The notes under the pieces were generated by a model that did no database searches, was not told the DNA's origin, and saw nothing but the letters and a program-made list of their open reading frames with translations. The position numbers and the translations under genes are program-made. Below, piece by piece: positions 10,766 through 22,575 of a stretch of 64,000 nucleotides of DNA; within the stretch, counting starts at the first letter, position 1, and each line of letters opens with the position of its first letter. Origin of the DNA: an uncultured Acidobacteriota bacterium. GTDB lineage: Bacteria; Acidobacteriota; Vicinamibacteria; Fen-336. The stretch spans positions 23,213 through 87,212 of the forward strand of contig CAWFSB010000029.1 in NCBI GenBank assembly GCA_963818355.1. Direction: 5' to 3'.

Positions 10766-12769
10766 GTGAATCACGCGAGCGTCGCCTGGGTCGCGGCGGT
10801 GGCCGGGGCCTGGATCGTGGCCGCGGCCTGCCGCACCATGCAGGGGGGGGTCGCGTCGGCTCCCGCCGGCGTCTCCACGACGGCCCCCGGTCCTCTCGCC
10901 TCGGTCCTGGCACCTTCGATCCGCGTCGGCATCGTGACCGACGCCGCGCGGGCCTCGATCGGCGCCGACTCCGGTGTCGTCGTCCACGGACGCGCCGCCG
11001 GCGAGACGGCGGTGCGGGTCCGCACGCTGCCACGGGCGACGTTCAGCTCGCCGGCGGCGGGGCGCCTGCGCCTGATCGAAACGGGAGACGAGCTCGAGCT
11101 GGCGATCGTGGCCCCCGCCGTTGCGGCGGAGCTGCTGCAGTCGGAGGCCACACCCTACCGGGGCCTTTTCGAGGTCCGCCCTGCCGAGGAGGGCCGGCTC
11201 ACGGTCGTCAACGTCGTCCATCTGGAGGACTACCTGCGGGGTGTCGTCCCGAACGAGCTCTCGCCCCAGGCCTTCCCGCAGATCGAGGCGCTCAAGGCGC
11301 AGGCGGTCGCGGCGCGCACCTACGCGCTCTCCCACCTCGGCGACTACTCCTCGAAGGGTTACGACGTCTGCGCGACACCCTCCTGCCAGGTCTACCGGGG
11401 GCAGCCCTCGGAGCACCCCCTGACCGACCGCGCGATCGAGGATACGAGGGGGATCGTCGCCACGTGGCGCGGCCGGGCCATTCACGCCTACTACACGTCG
11501 ACCTGCGGGGGACACACCGAGGAAGGCGCGGCCATCTTCGACGACGACGCCCCGTACCTGCGCGGGGTGGCCTGCCTCCCGGAGCGCTCGTCGCTGCACG
11601 CGGTGCGGACGACCTCCTCCCCGCGGCGCGACCTCCCGGGCGGGCCGGAGACCGCCCACGACGTCGCCCTGCTGGAGGCCCTCGGGGTGATCGACGCCGC
11701 CGACGCCGCGCCCGCGCGGCTCGAGGGAATCCCCACCGACGCCGAGGTGCGTGCGTGGACCGTCCGGCTCCAGGCGGCCCTGCACCGCAGCGGGTGCGAC
11801 AGCCCGGTGAGCGGCGCTCTCGCCCGCCGCGCCACCTTCGCCCGCCACCTCGTGGCCTCCGCCTGCTGGACCGAGCGGGCCGAGCGCCTGCTCGCTCCGG
11901 GCGACGCGGAGTATCTCTCGCAGGCCGAGGACACCGGCACGCTGGACCGCGGGGAGCGCCAGGCCCTCGCTCTCCTCGTTCACGAGGGCCTGGTTTCGCC
12001 GGCGCCGGACAACAGGCTCCGCCCCGACGCCGCGCTGACTCGGGCCGGGGCGCTCGCGCTCATCGCGGGTGTGGCCGAGAGGGCGGGAGCGCCCGGTCTC
12101 GCCCAGGGCGAGCTGGCGGGGCTCGCCGAGGGGTCCTTGAGCGTTCTCCACGGGGAGGCCGCCGACAGCCACGCGCTCGACCCGGGGGTGCGCCTCTTCC
12201 GCGACCTCGACGGGGTCCACGCGGGCGCCTCGGAGCTCGCCCTCTCGGTGGGGGAGCGGGTCGTCTACGTCGAGCGGGACGGGAGAGTCGTCTACCTCGA
12301 GGCGGAGCAGACCCGCCGGGGCGCGGCGGCCGACCGCAGCTCGCGTTACTACAACTGGGAGGTGCGCATGACCCCGGCCGAGGTGGCGGGTGCGATCGCC
12401 CGCTACGGGTCCGTCGGCGCGGTCCGCGACATCGTGCCGAAGCGGCTGGGCGTCTCCGGGCGCGTGGTGGAGCTCGAGGTCGTGGGCGCCCTGGGGCAGC
12501 TCGACCTCAAGGGGCTGCAGGTGCGCTGGGGCCTGGGCCTGCGCGAGAACCTCTTCGTCATCAACCGCGAGACGGGCCCGCGCGGCGACGTCGAGCGCTT
12601 CGTGATCACCGGCAAGGGCTGGGGCCACGGTGTCGGCATGTGCCAGGTCGGCGCCTTCGGCATGGCGCAGGCCGGCTCGACCTTCGACCAGATCCTGAAG
12701 CACTACTACACGGGCGTCAGCCTGAGCCGGCCCGAGCCGGGCGGGGCCGGAGTGGTGGGCCGGCCCTGA
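10766..12769 (+). CDS. SpoIID/LytB-domain protein (amidase enhancer / cell-wall remodelling), probable lipoprotein.
   Basis: GTG 10766 lies 15 nt after the TonB stop. The N-terminus VAAVAGAWIVAAAC is lipobox-like. SpoIID motifs are present: EALKAQAVAARTYAL, YDVCATPSCQVYRG, YTSTCGGHTE and GKGWGHGVGMCQVGAFGMA. Confidence 0.8.
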   Translation: MNHASVAWVAAVAGAWIVAAACRTMQGGVASAPAGVSTTAPGPLASVLAPSIRVGIVTDAARASIGADSGVVVHGRAAGETAVRVRTLPRATFSSPAAGRLRLIETGDELELAIVAPAVAAELLQSEATPYRGLFEVRPAEEGRLTVVNVVHLEDYLRGVVPNELSPQAFPQIEALKAQAVAARTYALSHLGDYSSKGYDVCATPSCQVYRGQPSEHPLTDRAIEDTRGIVATWRGRAIHAYYTSTCGGHTEEGAAIFDDDAPYLRGVACLPERSSLHAVRTTSSPRRDLPGGPETAHDVALLEALGVIDAADAAPARLEGIPTDAEVRAWTVRLQAALHRSGCDSPVSGALARRATFARHLVASACWTERAERLLAPGDAEYLSQAEDTGTLDRGERQALALLVHEGLVSPAPDNRLRPDAALTRAGALALIAGVAERAGAPGLAQGELAGLAEGSLSVLHGEAADSHALDPGVRLFRDLDGVHAGASELALSVGERVVYVERDGRVVYLEAEQTRRGAAADRSSRYYNWEVRMTPAEVAGAIARYGSVGAVRDIVPKRLGVSGRVVELEVVGALGQLDLKGLQVRWGLGLRENLFVINRETGPRGDVERFVITGKGWGHGVGMCQVGAFGMAQAGSTFDQILKHYYTGVSLSRPEPGGAGVVGRP

Positions 12770-12787
12770 CGGCCCTGACCCCGGTCT

Positions 12788-12816
12788 TTGACACCCGTCG
12801 GGCACCCTCCTAGAAT
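12788..12816 (+). promoter_or_regulatory. Near-consensus sigma-70 promoter TTGACA-N17-TAGAAT upstream of the DUF4388 gene.
   Basis: TTGACA at 12788-12793, a 17-nt spacer, then TAGAAT at 12811-12816, about 25 nt before ATG 12841. Confidence 0.5.
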
Positions 12817-12840
12817 CCACGAGCGTCGCCCGCCACGCTG

Positions 12841-13963
12841 ATGAGCAGCCCAGCCCCCAAGCGCCTCGAGTCGTTCGCCGTCCCCGGCGGTCTGCGGGGC
12901 AGCCTCGCCCGCCTGGCGCTTCCGGACCTCCTGCACGAGCTCGACGCCGCGGGCGCGACCGGCATCCTGTCGCTCACCTCCGGCGGCGCGCGAAAGGCCC
13001 TCTATTTCAGGGGCGGGCGCGTCGTCTTCGGGGCGAGCAACCTGCCGAGCGACCGCCTCGGCGAGGTGCTGCTGCGCGAGGGCAAGATCACCCCGGACCA
13101 GAACGAGACCTCGGTCCGCGCGCTGGCCCAGGGGCGCCGACAGGGCCGCGTGCTCGTGGAGATGGGCGCCTTGTCGCCGGACGAGCTGTGGTGGGCGGTG
13201 CAGACCCAGGTCCGCGAGATCGTCTTCAGCGTCTTCCAGTGGGACGAGGGGCAGTTCCACTTCGAGGACTCGGTCCTGCCGGAGCGGGAGAAGATCACGG
13301 TCGACCTCGACGTGACCGCCCTCGTGCTCGAGGGCGTGCGGCGCATGGACATCGCCGGCGCGGTGCGCGCGCGCCAGCCCGACGGCTACCTGGTGGTCGA
13401 GCGCGGGGCGACGCCGCCCGAGGGCCTCCTGCACGCCTGGGAGATGCACGTGCTGTCCCTCGTCGACGGCGAGAAGAGCGTCGTCGAGCTGTGCCACGAG
13501 AGCGAGGCGGGCGAGGGGCAGACGCAGAAGGCTCCTCTACGCCTTTCTCTGCACCGGGATCGTCCGCGCCCGCGGGCGGAAGGTCCGCGCGCTCGACCAG
13601 GACTTCGTCCCCGAGGACAGCCTGCTCGCCCTCCTCGACTCCTTCAACCGGATGTACCGCCACGTTCTCGCGTACATGGTGAAGGAGGTCGGGCCCATCG
13701 CGGAGAACGTGCTCGCGAAGTACCTGGGCACCGTGCGCGAGTCGCGGCCCGACGTTCTCTCCGGCGTGCCGCTGCGCAAGGACGGCTCGCTCGACGAGGC
13801 GGCGGTGGAGCGCAACCTGGGGCGCCTGGCCGAGGACCGCCGGCGCCCCGCCCTCGTGGACGCGCTCAACGAGCTGCTCTACGCGGAGCTGCTCGCGGTC
13901 AAGCGGACGCTCGGCGCCGACCACGAGAGCGCCATCGTGCGCGAGCTGCGCCCGCCGCGGTGA
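12841..13963 (+). CDS. DUF4388 (PatA-like N-terminal domain) protein; frame interrupted once.
   Basis: The N-terminus is LALPDLLHELDAAGATGILSLTSGGARKALYFRGGRVVFGASNLPSDRLGEVLL. The frame shifts near 13500-13535. The protein continues as RRRRLLYAFLCTGIVRARGRKVRALDQDF ... and joins track ORF 13652..13963. Confidence 0.6.
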
Positions 13964-14030
13964 GCGCGCCGACCCGGCAGCAGGTCCGCGGGGCGGTGAT
14001 CCTGCTCGGGGCCATCCTGCTGCTGGTCCT

Positions 14031-14975
14031 GTGGCGCCTGTGGCGGCTCCTCTAGTCGCGATCGTCGGCCCCACCGCCTCGGGCAAGAGCGCCCTCGCCC
14101 TGCGCCTCGCCCGGGAGCTCTGTGGCGAGATCGTCTCCTGCGACAGCCTGCAGGTGTACCGCGGCCTCGACGTCGGGAGCGCCAAGGCGACGAGCGCGGA
14201 GCGGGCCGCGATCCCGCACCACCTGCTCGACGTGGCCGATCCCGGCGAGGTGTTCTCCGCCGCGGACTACGCGCGCCTCGCCCGCGCCGCCCTCCACGCC
14301 GTCCGGGCGCGCGGGCGCCTTCCGATCGTGGCGGGAGGCACGGGCCTGTACCTGCGGGCGCTGCTCGTGGGTCTGTTCGAGGGGCCCCCGCGCGACGAGG
14401 CGCTGCGTCGGCGCCTCGAGGCGATCGGCGACCGGTTCGGAGACGAGAGGCTGCACCGCCTGCTCGGGCGGGTCGACCCGGCGGCGGCGGGGAGGATCGG
14501 TCCGCGGGACCGGGTGCGCGTGGTGCGGGCCCTCGAGGTCTACCGTGTGACGGGCCGCCCGATTTCGGAGGAGCAGCGGCGAGGCTCCGAGCCGCTGCGC
14601 GGCTACCGGACCCTCGTCGTCGGGCTCGACCCGGGCCGGGCGGCGCTGCGGGCCGCCATCGAGGCCCGCACCCGTCAGATGCTCGCGCAGGGGCTGGTGG
14701 ACGAGGTGCGCGGCCTGCTCTCCAGGGGCACGGATCCCCTCGCGAGGCCCCTGCAGGCGATCGGCTACCGCCAGGCCCTGTCGGTGCTGCGGGGCGAGAT
14801 GAGGCTCGAGGACGCCGAGGGCGCGATCGTCTCCGCCACCCTGCGCTTCGCGAAGCGGCAGATGACCTGGTTCCGGCACCAGGAAGACGTGCGGTGGTTC
14901 GCCCACGCGGGCGAGGCCCGGGAGGCCGTGCACGCCTGGCTCGAGGCCCCGCCCCCGGCTAACTCCTTGACCTGA
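14031..14975 (+). CDS. miaA: tRNA dimethylallyltransferase MiaA.
   Basis: GTG start. A P-loop IVGPTASGKSALALRLA is present, followed by DSLQVYRGLDVGSAK and typical MiaA motifs. Confidence 0.85.
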   Translation: MAPVAAPLVAIVGPTASGKSALALRLARELCGEIVSCDSLQVYRGLDVGSAKATSAERAAIPHHLLDVADPGEVFSAADYARLARAALHAVRARGRLPIVAGGTGLYLRALLVGLFEGPPRDEALRRRLEAIGDRFGDERLHRLLGRVDPAAAGRIGPRDRVRVVRALEVYRVTGRPISEEQRRGSEPLRGYRTLVVGLDPGRAALRAAIEARTRQMLAQGLVDEVRGLLSRGTDPLARPLQAIGYRQALSVLRGEMRLEDAEGAIVSATLRFAKRQMTWFRHQEDVRWFAHAGEAREAVHAWLEAPPPANSLT

Positions 14976-14994
14976 GGGCCGAAATCAGTAGAAT
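14967..14994 (+). promoter_or_regulatory. Candidate sigma-70 promoter TTGACC-N16-TAGAAT for the yceD-rpmF-plsX-fabD-fabG-acpP-fabF operon.
   Basis: TTGACC at 14967-14972 and TAGAAT at 14989-14994, in the 40-nt gap between miaA and yceD. Confidence 0.45.
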
Positions 14995-15017
14995 TTGTAA
15001 GTTTGCGGCCGACTTCC

Positions 15018-15570
15018 ATGCTTCTCATCGACATACCCCGGATTCCGCCGGAAGGCTTCGATCTCGACGAGGCACTCGATCCCGCCGCCCTGCATCTGGA
15101 CGGCGAGGCCGAGCTGGCCCTGCGCCCCGGCGGGCGCCTCCGCGCTCACGTCGAGGTCGTGGACCAGACGACGCTGCACGTTCGGGGGCGCCTGGACGGC
15201 ACGCTCGACGTGGACTGCGCGCGGTGCCTCGAGCGGTACGCCGTGCGTCCTCGGGCAGGAGCTGGACCTGTTCTACCTGCCCGCCGCGGCCGGACAGCCG
15301 GAAGCGCAGGAGGAAGAGGTCGAGCTGAGCGACCGCGACGTGGTCGTCGGCTATTACCAGGGCGACCGCCTGGATCTCGGCGAGGTCGTGAGGGAGCAGG
15401 TTCTGCTCGGCCTTCCGCTGAAACCGCTGTGCCGCGAGGACTGCCAGGGGCTCTGCCCACGCTGCGGGAAGAACCGCAACGCCGGTCCCTGCGGCTGTAC
15501 GCCGGAGGAGGAGGCGGGCGACCCCCGCCTCGAGCCTCTCCGCAAGCTGTTCGACAAGAAACGCCAGTAG
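15018..15570 (+). CDS. yceD: YceD/DUF177-family protein (large-subunit rRNA accumulation protein); frame interrupted once.
   Basis: [20 protein letters not shown]...[10 protein letters not shown], then a one-base shift near 15235-15245. The protein continues as [16 protein letters not shown]...[19 protein letters not shown] in track ORF 15340..15570. Its position upstream of rpmF-plsX is conserved. Confidence 0.7.
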
Positions 15571-15578
15571 GAGCACCG

Positions 15579-15761
15579 ATGCCCAATCCCAAGCGACGTC
15601 ACTCGAAGGCCCGCCGCGACAAGCGGCGGGCCCACGACCACCTCCAGGCGCCCGGCCTCAGCGTCTGCCCCAACTGCCACGAGCCGAAGCTGCCGCACCG
15701 CGTCTGCCTGCGCTGCGGGCACTACAAGGGCAAGGCGGTCGCCGGGGCCGAGGAGGCTTAA
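15579..15761 (+). CDS. rpmF: 50S ribosomal protein L32.
   Basis: [22 protein letters not shown]...[23 protein letters not shown]; an RBS (gtaggagc) lies upstream. Confidence 0.9.
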   Translation: MPNPKRRHSKARRDKRRAHDHLQAPGLSVCPNCHEPKLPHRVCLRCGHYKGKAVAGAEEA

Positions 15762-15779
15762 GGAGTGCCGCAGCCCCGG

Positions 15780-16785
15780 GTGGCCGTGGACGCCATGGGT
15801 GGCGACCACGGTCCCGCGGTGGTGGTCGAGGGGGCCGTGCTCGCCAGCCGCGAGCTGGGCGTCGCGGTGTCCCTGGTGGGTCCCGAGCGCACCTTGCGGG
15901 AGGAGCTCGATCGGCTCGGGGCCACGTCGGCGGTCGAGGTCGTGGACGCTCCCGACGTCGTCGGCATGGGCGAGAAGGTGAGCCTCTCGACCCTCAAGCG
16001 GCGCTCGTCGATCCAGGTCGCCCTCGAGCGCGTGCGCGACGGGCAGCGCCGACGCGTTCTTCTCCGGCGGGAACACGGCGGCGTGCTGGACGATCGCGAA
16101 GATGGTGCTGGGCACTCTCGAGGAGGTGGACCGGCCGGCCCTGGCCGCGGTGGTCCCCAACCGCAAGGGGCGCACGGTCCTGCTCGACGTGGGCGCCAAC
16201 ACGCAGTGCAATGCCCTTCAACTCGAGGAGTTTGCCGTGATGGGCAGCGCCTACGCGCGCGGGGTGCTCGACTGCCCGCGGCCCCGGGTGGGCCTGATGA
16301 GCCTCGGCGAGGAGGAGACCAAGGGCGGCGAGCTCGTCCGGGAGGTCCACGAGGTGCTGAAGGCCTCGAGCCTCAACTTCGTGGGCAACGTCGAGGGCCA
16401 CGACCTCTTCAGCGGCAAGGTGGACGTGGTCGTGATGGACGGCTTCACCGGCAACGTGGTGCTCAAGGCCTGCGAGACGCTCGCCGAGCTCGTGGTCGAC
16501 CTCATCAGCGAGGAGGTGGGGCGGAACGTGCGCGGCCAGGTCGGGGCGTTGCTCCTCAAGCCGGCGTTCCGCGCCGCCCGCCGGAGAAGCGACCCGGCCG
16601 AGATCGGCGGGGCGCCCCTCCTCGGCCTCAAGGGCTGCTGCGTGATCGGCCACGGCAAGGGGAGGGCCCGCGCCGTGAAGCACGGCATCCGCACCGCCGC
16701 GTTCTTCCACTCGAGCGGGTGCAACGCCGCGATCGCGGCGGAGCTTCGAGCCCTGGGCGAGCGCAAGGAGGCGGCGAGCGCATGA
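15780..16785 (+). CDS. plsX: Phosphate acyltransferase PlsX; frame interrupted once.
   Basis: GTG 15780 with AGGAG at 15761-65. The N-terminus is RVAVDAMGGDHGP. There is a one-base insertion near 16035-16045. The protein continues as DAFFSGGNTAAVLTIAKMVLGTLEEVDRPALAAVVPNRKG...GHGKGRA (track ORF 16102..16785). Confidence 0.85.
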
Positions 16786-17726
16786 GCGTCGCGTTCGTCT
16801 TCCCCGGCCAGGGCTCGCAGGTGGTCGGGATGGGGAGGGCTCTGTGCGAGGCCTTTCCCGAGAGCCGGGCGGCCTTCGAGGAGGCCGACGCGGCCCTCGG
16901 CTTCGCGCTGTCGAGGCTCTGCTTCGAGGGGCCCGAGGCCGAGCTGCAGCTCACCGCGAACACCCAGCCCGCCATCCTGGCGGCCAGCGTCGCCGCCCTT
17001 CGACCTCTGGTCGCGCGGGGGGCCCGCCCGGACTGGGTGGCCGGGCACAGCCTGGGCGAGTACTCGGCGCTCGTCGCCGCCGGCGCGATCGGCTTCGCGG
17101 ACGCGGTGCGCACCGTCCGCCGCCGGGGGGAGTTCATGCAGGAGGCGGTGCCGGTCGGGGTGGGGGCGATGGCAGCGATCCTCGGCCTGGACCTGCCCGC
17201 GATCGAGGAGGCGTGTCGCGAGGCCGCCAACGGCGAAGTGGTCTCGCCCGCCAACGTGAACTCGCCCGGCCAGGTCGTGATCGCCGGGCACGCGGGGGCC
17301 GTGGATCGCGCCTCCGAAGGCTGTCGGGCCCGGGGTGCGAGGCGCACGGTGAAGCTCCCGGTCTCCGCCCCCTTCCACTGCGCGCTCATGCGGCCCGCCC
17401 AGGACCGGCTCCTTGGCGAGGTGCAGGCGGTCGCCTTCCAGGACCCGGCGACGCCTCTCGTCAACAACGTGGACGCCCGGGTGGTCCGCGACGCGGAGGC
17501 CTGCCGCGAGGGCCTGGTGCGCCAGGTCTCCGGGGCGGTGCGGTGGCAGGAGTCGGTCGAGACACTGATTCGCGAGGGCGTCACGACCTTCGTGGAGGTC
17601 GGCCCGGGATCGGTCCTGAGCGGCCTCGTCCGGAAGATCGCCCGGGGCACGCGCGTTCTCGGCGTGGACTCGCCGGAGTCCCTGGAGGCGGCCGTCGCCG
17701 CCCTGGGGGCGGGGGCGGAGGGGTGA
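16782..17726 (+). CDS. fabD: Malonyl-CoA:ACP transacylase FabD.
   Basis: ATGA overlap with plsX. Motifs FVFPGQGSQ and GHSLGEYSALVAAG are present. Confidence 0.9.
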   Translation: MSVAFVFPGQGSQVVGMGRALCEAFPESRAAFEEADAALGFALSRLCFEGPEAELQLTANTQPAILAASVAALRPLVARGARPDWVAGHSLGEYSALVAAGAIGFADAVRTVRRRGEFMQEAVPVGVGAMAAILGLDLPAIEEACREAANGEVVSPANVNSPGQVVIAGHAGAVDRASEGCRARGARRTVKLPVSAPFHCALMRPAQDRLLGEVQAVAFQDPATPLVNNVDARVVRDAEACREGLVRQVSGAVRWQESVETLIREGVTTFVEVGPGSVLSGLVRKIARGTRVLGVDSPESLEAAVAALGAGAEG

Positions 17727-18469
17727 TGGGGCTTCTCGAGGGGAAGGTCTCGCTGGTGACCGGCGCCTCCCGCGGGATCGGTCGCGCCATCGCGAAGGCC
17801 CTGGCGGCCGAGGGGGCCCTCGTGGTGCTCGCAGCGCGTGACGCGGCGAAGCTCGGCGAGGCGGTGGGGGAGATCGCGAGCGCGGGCGGCCGGGCCGAGG
17901 CCCTGGCGCTGGACGTGGCCGAGCGGTCCTCGGTCGAGGCCGGGGTGGCGCACGTCCTCTCCGCCCACGGCCACATCGACCACCTGGTCAACAACGCCGG
18001 GGTGACCCGCGACAACCTCCTGCTGCGCATGAAGGACGAGGAGTGGCAGCAGGTGCTGGCCACCAACCTCACCGGCGTCTTCCTCTGCACGCAGGCGGTG
18101 CTCAAGCCGATGGTCCGGCAGCGGAGCGGCCGCATCGTGAGCATCACCTCCGTGGTGGGGCTCGGCGGCAACGCGGGCCAGGCCAACTACGCCGCGAGCA
18201 AGGCCGGGATCGTGGGCTTCACGAAGTCCGTGGCCCGCGAGGTCGCCTCCCGGGGCATCACCGCCAACGCGGTGGCCCCCGGGTTCATCGACACCGACAT
18301 GACCGCGGCCTTGAGCGACAAGGCCCGGGAGAGCCTCATCGGGGCGATCCCCATGGGCCGCGTGGGACGGCCCGAGGACGTCGCCGGGGCCGTCGTCTTT
18401 CTCGTCTCCGACGCCGCCGCCTACGTGACCGGGCAGGTCCTGGCCGTGGACGGCGGTTTCCATATGTAG
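17726..18469 (+). CDS. fabG: 3-oxoacyl-ACP reductase FabG.
   Basis: ATGA overlap with fabD. GKVSLVTGASRGIGRAIA, NNAG and the YAASKAG catalytic motif are present. Confidence 0.9.
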   Translation: MGLLEGKVSLVTGASRGIGRAIAKALAAEGALVVLAARDAAKLGEAVGEIASAGGRAEALALDVAERSSVEAGVAHVLSAHGHIDHLVNNAGVTRDNLLLRMKDEEWQQVLATNLTGVFLCTQAVLKPMVRQRSGRIVSITSVVGLGGNAGQANYAASKAGIVGFTKSVAREVASRGITANAVAPGFIDTDMTAALSDKARESLIGAIPMGRVGRPEDVAGAVVFLVSDAAAYVTGQVLAVDGGFHM

Positions 18470-18523
18470 AATAGCTGTCTCCCCGCCGCTGGAGGCCGCG
18501 GGGGTTTCCCGAGGAGCGTTCGA

Positions 18524-18766
18524 ATGGAGCCTGTTGCCGATCGCGTGAAGAAGATCATCGTGGACCAGCTGGGCGTCGAGGAAGAGACGGTCACGCCGGA
18601 GGCCTCGTTCGTGGACGACCTCGGCGCGGACAGCCTCGACACCGTCGAGCTGGTGATGGCGCTGGAGGAGGAGTTCGGGATCGAGATCCCCGACGAGGAC
18701 GCGGAGAAGATCACCCGGGTCCGGGAAGCGGTGGACTACATCGAGAAGCACTCGGGCAAGAAGTAG
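18524..18766 (+). CDS. acpP: Acyl carrier protein.
   Basis: 80 aa with the [20 protein letters not shown] phosphopantetheine-attachment motif. Confidence 0.95.
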   Translation: MEPVADRVKKIIVDQLGVEEETVTPEASFVDDLGADSLDTVELVMALEEEFGIEIPDEDAEKITRVREAVDYIEKHSGKK

Positions 18767-18785
18767 CCCGGACAGCGCGCGCCAC

Positions 18786-20034
<1,249 letters not shown>

Positions 20035-20047
20035 GAAGGGAAGAGCC

Positions 20048-20824
20048 ATGAAGATCGTCGTCTGCGTGAAGCAGGTCCCGGACACCGAGACGCGGGTCAA
20101 GATCGCTCCCTCCGGAGCCGCCATCTCCGAGTCGGACGTGGCCAACTGGATCGTCTCCCCCTACGACGAGTTCGCGATCGAGGAGGCGCTGCGCATCAAG
20201 GAGGCGAAGGGCGGCGAGGTCGTCCTCGTCACCGCCGGCCCCGAGCGGGCCCAGGCCGCCCTGCGGACCGGGCTGGCGATGGGTGCGGACTCCGCTCTCC
20301 ACGTGAAGGACGCGGCGCTCGACGCGGCCGACACCCTCGGCACGGCCCGGGCGCTCGCCGCCGCGATCCGGACCCTCGCGCCCTTCGACCTCGTCCTGTG
20401 CGGGCAGCAGGGTGTCGGCGGCGACCACAGCCAGGTCCCCGGCATGCTGGCGGAGCTGCTCGACCTGCCGCAGGTGACGGTGGCGGTCAAGGTCGACGTC
20501 GGAGAGGGGAAGGCCACGGTCGAGCGCGAGATCGACGGCGGGCGCGAGACGTGGGAGACCCCGCTCCCGGCGCTGGTGTCGGCGCAGAAGGGCCTGAACG
20601 AGCCGCGCTACGCCAGCCTCAAGGGGATCATGGCGGCGAAGAAGAAGACGATCCAGGCGCTCGACCTCGCCTCTGTGGGACTCGACGCGGCGGCGGTCGT
20701 CCCGAAGGTGACGGTCACCGCCATGGAGCTGCCGCCGGCCCGCCCGGCGGTGCGCATGATCGAGGGCGACTCGCCCGCGCAGGAGCTCATCCGCCTCCTC
20801 CACGAGGAAGCGAAGGTCATCTAG
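20048..20824 (+). CDS. etfB: Electron transfer flavoprotein beta subunit.
   Basis: [19 protein letters not shown]... is the canonical EtfB N-terminus. Confidence 0.9.
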   Translation: MKIVVCVKQVPDTETRVKIAPSGAAISESDVANWIVSPYDEFAIEEALRIKEAKGGEVVLVTAGPERAQAALRTGLAMGADSALHVKDAALDAADTLGTARALAAAIRTLAPFDLVLCGQQGVGGDHSQVPGMLAELLDLPQVTVAVKVDVGEGKATVEREIDGGRETWETPLPALVSAQKGLNEPRYASLKGIMAAKKKTIQALDLASVGLDAAAVVPKVTVTAMELPPARPAVRMIEGDSPAQELIRLLHEEAKVI

Positions 20825-20836
20825 GAGAAGGGGCAC

Positions 20837-21818
20837 ATGGCAACGATCCTGACGTTCGCGGAGCAGCGGGACGGGAAGCTGCGGCGCGCCTCCCTCGAGG
20901 TCGTATCCGAGGCACGCCGCCTCGCCGGCGCGCTCGGGGCCACCGTCACCGCGGTGGTCGTCGGACCGGGCTCGGAGTCCCTGTCCGGCGAGCTGGCCGC
21001 ATACGGGGCCGATCGGGTGCAGGTGTTCGACGACCCCGCCCTGGGAGCCTACGCTACCGAGGCCTACGCGCGGGCGCTCGCGCAGGCGATCGCCGACGCG
21101 AAGCCCTCGGTCGTGCTCGTTCCCTTCACGGCGATGGGGAAGGACCTCGCGCCGCGCGTCGCGGCGAAGGTAGGAGCCGGCCTCGCCTCCGACTGCGTGG
21201 GCCTCTCGGTCGCGGGCGGCAAGCTCGTGGCCCGACGGCCCCTCTACGCCGGCAAGGCCTACGCGACGCGTCGAGTGGGCCGGGGAGCCGCAGATGGCGA
21301 CCCTGCGGCCCAACGTCTTCGCGCTCGGGACGCCGGACACCTCGCGGAAGGCCGAGGTCGTCAAGGCGACCGTCGACGCGTCCTCCCGCGCGAAGGTGGT
21401 GGCCGTGCGCGCCACGGCCCAGGGCAAGGTGCAGCTCACCGAGGCGCAGATCATCGTCTCCGGGGGCCGCGGCCTCAAGGGCCCGGAGCACTTCCCCCTG
21501 GTCGAGGCGCTGGCCGAGGCGATGGGGGCGGCCGTGGGCGCCTCCCGCGCCGTCGTGGACGCGGGCTGGGTGGACCACCAGATGCAGGTCGGCCAGACGG
21601 GCAAGACGGTCTCGCCCTCGCTCTACGTGGCCTGCGGCATCAGCGGGGCCATCCAGCACCTGGCCGGCATGTCGTCCTCGAAGGTCATCGTGGCGATCAA
21701 CAAGGACGCCGACGCGCCGATCTTCAAGGTCGCCGACTACGGCATCCTCGGCGACGTGTTCGAGCTCCTGCCGAAGCTGACCGAGGCCGCCAAGGCCCAC
21801 TTCGCCTCGCGCGGCTGA
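20837..21818 (+). CDS. etfA: Electron transfer flavoprotein alpha subunit; frame interrupted once.
   Basis: The N-terminal domain reads to ...YAGKAYAT. A shift near 21265-21275 follows. The protein continues as [15 protein letters not shown]...[14 protein letters not shown]...[10 protein letters not shown] (FAD-binding) in track ORF 21294..21818. Confidence 0.85.
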
Positions 21819-21881
21819 CGCAGCACCGGCCACGGCCGGGGTCAGGCTCTCGGATCGTGACCTGCTGGGCGCCCGCGCGGT

Positions 21882-22487
21882 CTACTGCACCCAGGCGAAG
21901 CTGACCGCGAAGCCCTCGAGGTCGCCGACTGACCCGCTGACCCGCAGGTCGACGTGGCGCGCCAGGCGTATGTCGAGGCCGAGCCCGAGCGCGAAGTCGA
22001 GGGAGCTGTCCCCCTCGGAGAACGTCGGGATCAGGACGGGCTGCAGGTAGGGCACGAAGCTCATGCCGGAGCCGCTGCTGTCGAACCTCCGCCCGAGGCT
22101 GAGCCCGATGGGCGTCCGGAAGACGGTGTCGCCGTCGTAGAACACGGCACCGAGGCCGACGGTGAGGGCCCCGTCGAGCGGGAAGTCCTTCGAGTGCGTG
22201 ATGAGCCGGCTCCGGAAGCGGCCCCCGAGAACGAGGTCGGAGCTCTCGCCCGCGTCCAGCGCCCCCACCCGCAGCCCGAAGTCGTTGCGGCCCGAGGCGA
22301 AGCTGAAGAATCCCTCGACGCCGAGGTCGGACCCCTCGGGCGCCGAGAGGCTCAGGCCGAACTCGTGGTGGGAGAAGGCCCGGAAGGGCGCCGAGAAGAC
22401 CGGCGTACCGGTCTCCTGCGCCTGGGCGGGAGAGCCGAGCGCCAGAGCGGCCGCCACCCCGAGGGCCGTGAGCGTCGCGTGTCTCAT
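21882..22487 (-). CDS. Secreted hypothetical protein, possibly a small outer-membrane beta-barrel.
   Basis: The start MRHATLTALGVAAALALGSPAQAQE is a signal peptide. The body has alternating hydrophobic Gly/Ser/Asp-rich strands and a C-terminal ...FAVSFAWVQ* aromatic terminus. It is convergent with etfA. Confidence 0.45.
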   Translation of the reverse strand: MRHATLTALGVAAALALGSPAQAQETGTPVFSAPFRAFSHHEFGLSLSAPEGSDLGVEGFFSFASGRNDFGLRVGALDAGESSDLVLGGRFRSRLITHSKDFPLDGALTVGLGAVFYDGDTVFRTPIGLSLGRRFDSSGSGMSFVPYLQPVLIPTFSEGDSSLDFALGLGLDIRLARHVDLRVSGSVGDLEGFAVSFAWVQ

Positions 22488-22575
22488 GCTCCAGTAGAGC
22501 GCGGGAGGCCGGGCGGCGAGGTGATGGGCGTCACCGGGTCTTGATAGACTTGCCCGCAGCGGAGGTTGTCCATCC

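Noticed and set aside
13960-14055. A 31-codon hydrophobic ORF (VSAPTRQQVRGAVILLGAILLLVLWRLWRLL) between the DUF4388 gene and miaA.
   Set aside because: It overlaps the miaA GTG start and first codons, has no RBS, and has no independent support. It is probably a chance ORF, though a tiny membrane peptide cannot be excluded.
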